The position numbers were made by a program, and so were the translations under genes. The notes beneath the pieces are model-generated. The model saw nothing but the letters and a program-made list of their open reading frames with translations. It was not told the origin of the DNA and ran no database searches. A stretch of DNA of 61,989 bases, filler included, from Chiloscyllium plagiosum (taxonomy: Eukaryota): assembly GCF_004010195.1 (NCBI RefSeq). It is 4 parts of one record of this genome, joined end to end, with 100 filler letters (N's around TTAATTAATTAA, not from the genome) between each part and the next. Parts side by side here need not be neighbours in the genome. Positions count along the whole stretch, not along the records: positions 55,598 to 61,989 come from NC_057712.1; 3 more parts are not named here. One strand, given 5' to 3'. Positions within the stretch are counted from its first letter, which is position 1. Each line of letters begins with the position of its first letter. Below, one piece after another: positions 61,600 to 61,989 of this stretch.

Positions 61600-61989
61600 A
61601 AAGCCTGCTAGTGCTCTTGGGGGGGGGTTAAAACTAACTCTGCAGGGGCATGGGAACCCAGACTGTAGCTTTAGGATGCAGGACCTGGAGTGTAGGGAGG
61701 TTAGGAACATGGCATCAATTTCAAAGGAGGGTGCCTGTAAACAGGAAAGTGGTTTGAAGTGTGTATACTTCAATGCAAGAAGTATACGAAATAAGGTAGG
61801 TGAACCTGCAGCGTGGGTTGGTACCTGGGACTTCGATGTTATGGCTATTACGGAGACATGGGTAGAACAGGGACAGGATTGCCTGTTGCAGGTTCCAGGG
61901 TTTAAATGTTTTAGTAGGGTCAGAGGTGAGGGTAAAAGAGGGGGAGGTGTGGCATTGCTTGTCAAAGATAATATTACAGCTGTGGAAAG
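61600..61989 (+). mobile_element. CR1 ORF1 end and ORF2 endonuclease start (cut by window edge)
   Basis: LKCVYFNARSIRNKVGE..WDFDVMAITETWVEQGQD..GGGVALLVKD. Confidence 0.9.

Noticed and set aside
13..61965. ORF-track entries as host genes (e.g. the recurring MVSTAASQ.., CGRKPEHPEETH.. and MYSMETDP.. peptides)
   Set aside because: They are sense or antisense translations of SINEs, CR1 tails and PLEs, and recur wherever the repeat recurs.
1..61989. CRISPR array or prokaryotic defence system
   Set aside because: The sequence is eukaryotic; repeats are dispersed TEs with no regular repeat-spacer periodicity and no operon-like genes.

Overview
Vertebrate genomic DNA, most likely a shark. This is inferred from HE1-like tRNA-derived SINEs that share a 3' tail with HER1/CR1-like LINEs. 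Most of the window is decayed transposable elements: many CR1 LINE fragments, about 12 HE1-like SINEs, other SINEs, Penelope-like elements (PLEs), and Gypsy/LTR relics. One ancient Gypsy element is still in order with both LTRs (about 16.3-25.4 kb) but is split by nested insertions. Three 100-bp scaffold gaps carry an artificial TTAATTAATTAA linker. No host protein-coding gene could be identified with confidence; the ORF track is TE-derived or spurious, and only weak candidate exons were seen. The most notable pattern is about 20 minimal type-I hammerhead ribozyme (HHR) motifs from several PLE families, with covarying stems. Many sit in short fold-back insertions (mostly 130-230 bp) with 12-16 bp target-site duplications (TSDs) whose inversion points cluster at the ribozyme. 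HHRs in PLEs are already known; the fold-back and cleavage-site geometry is my inference and needs testing. Repeat boundaries were judged by eye and are approximate unless a TSD is given.
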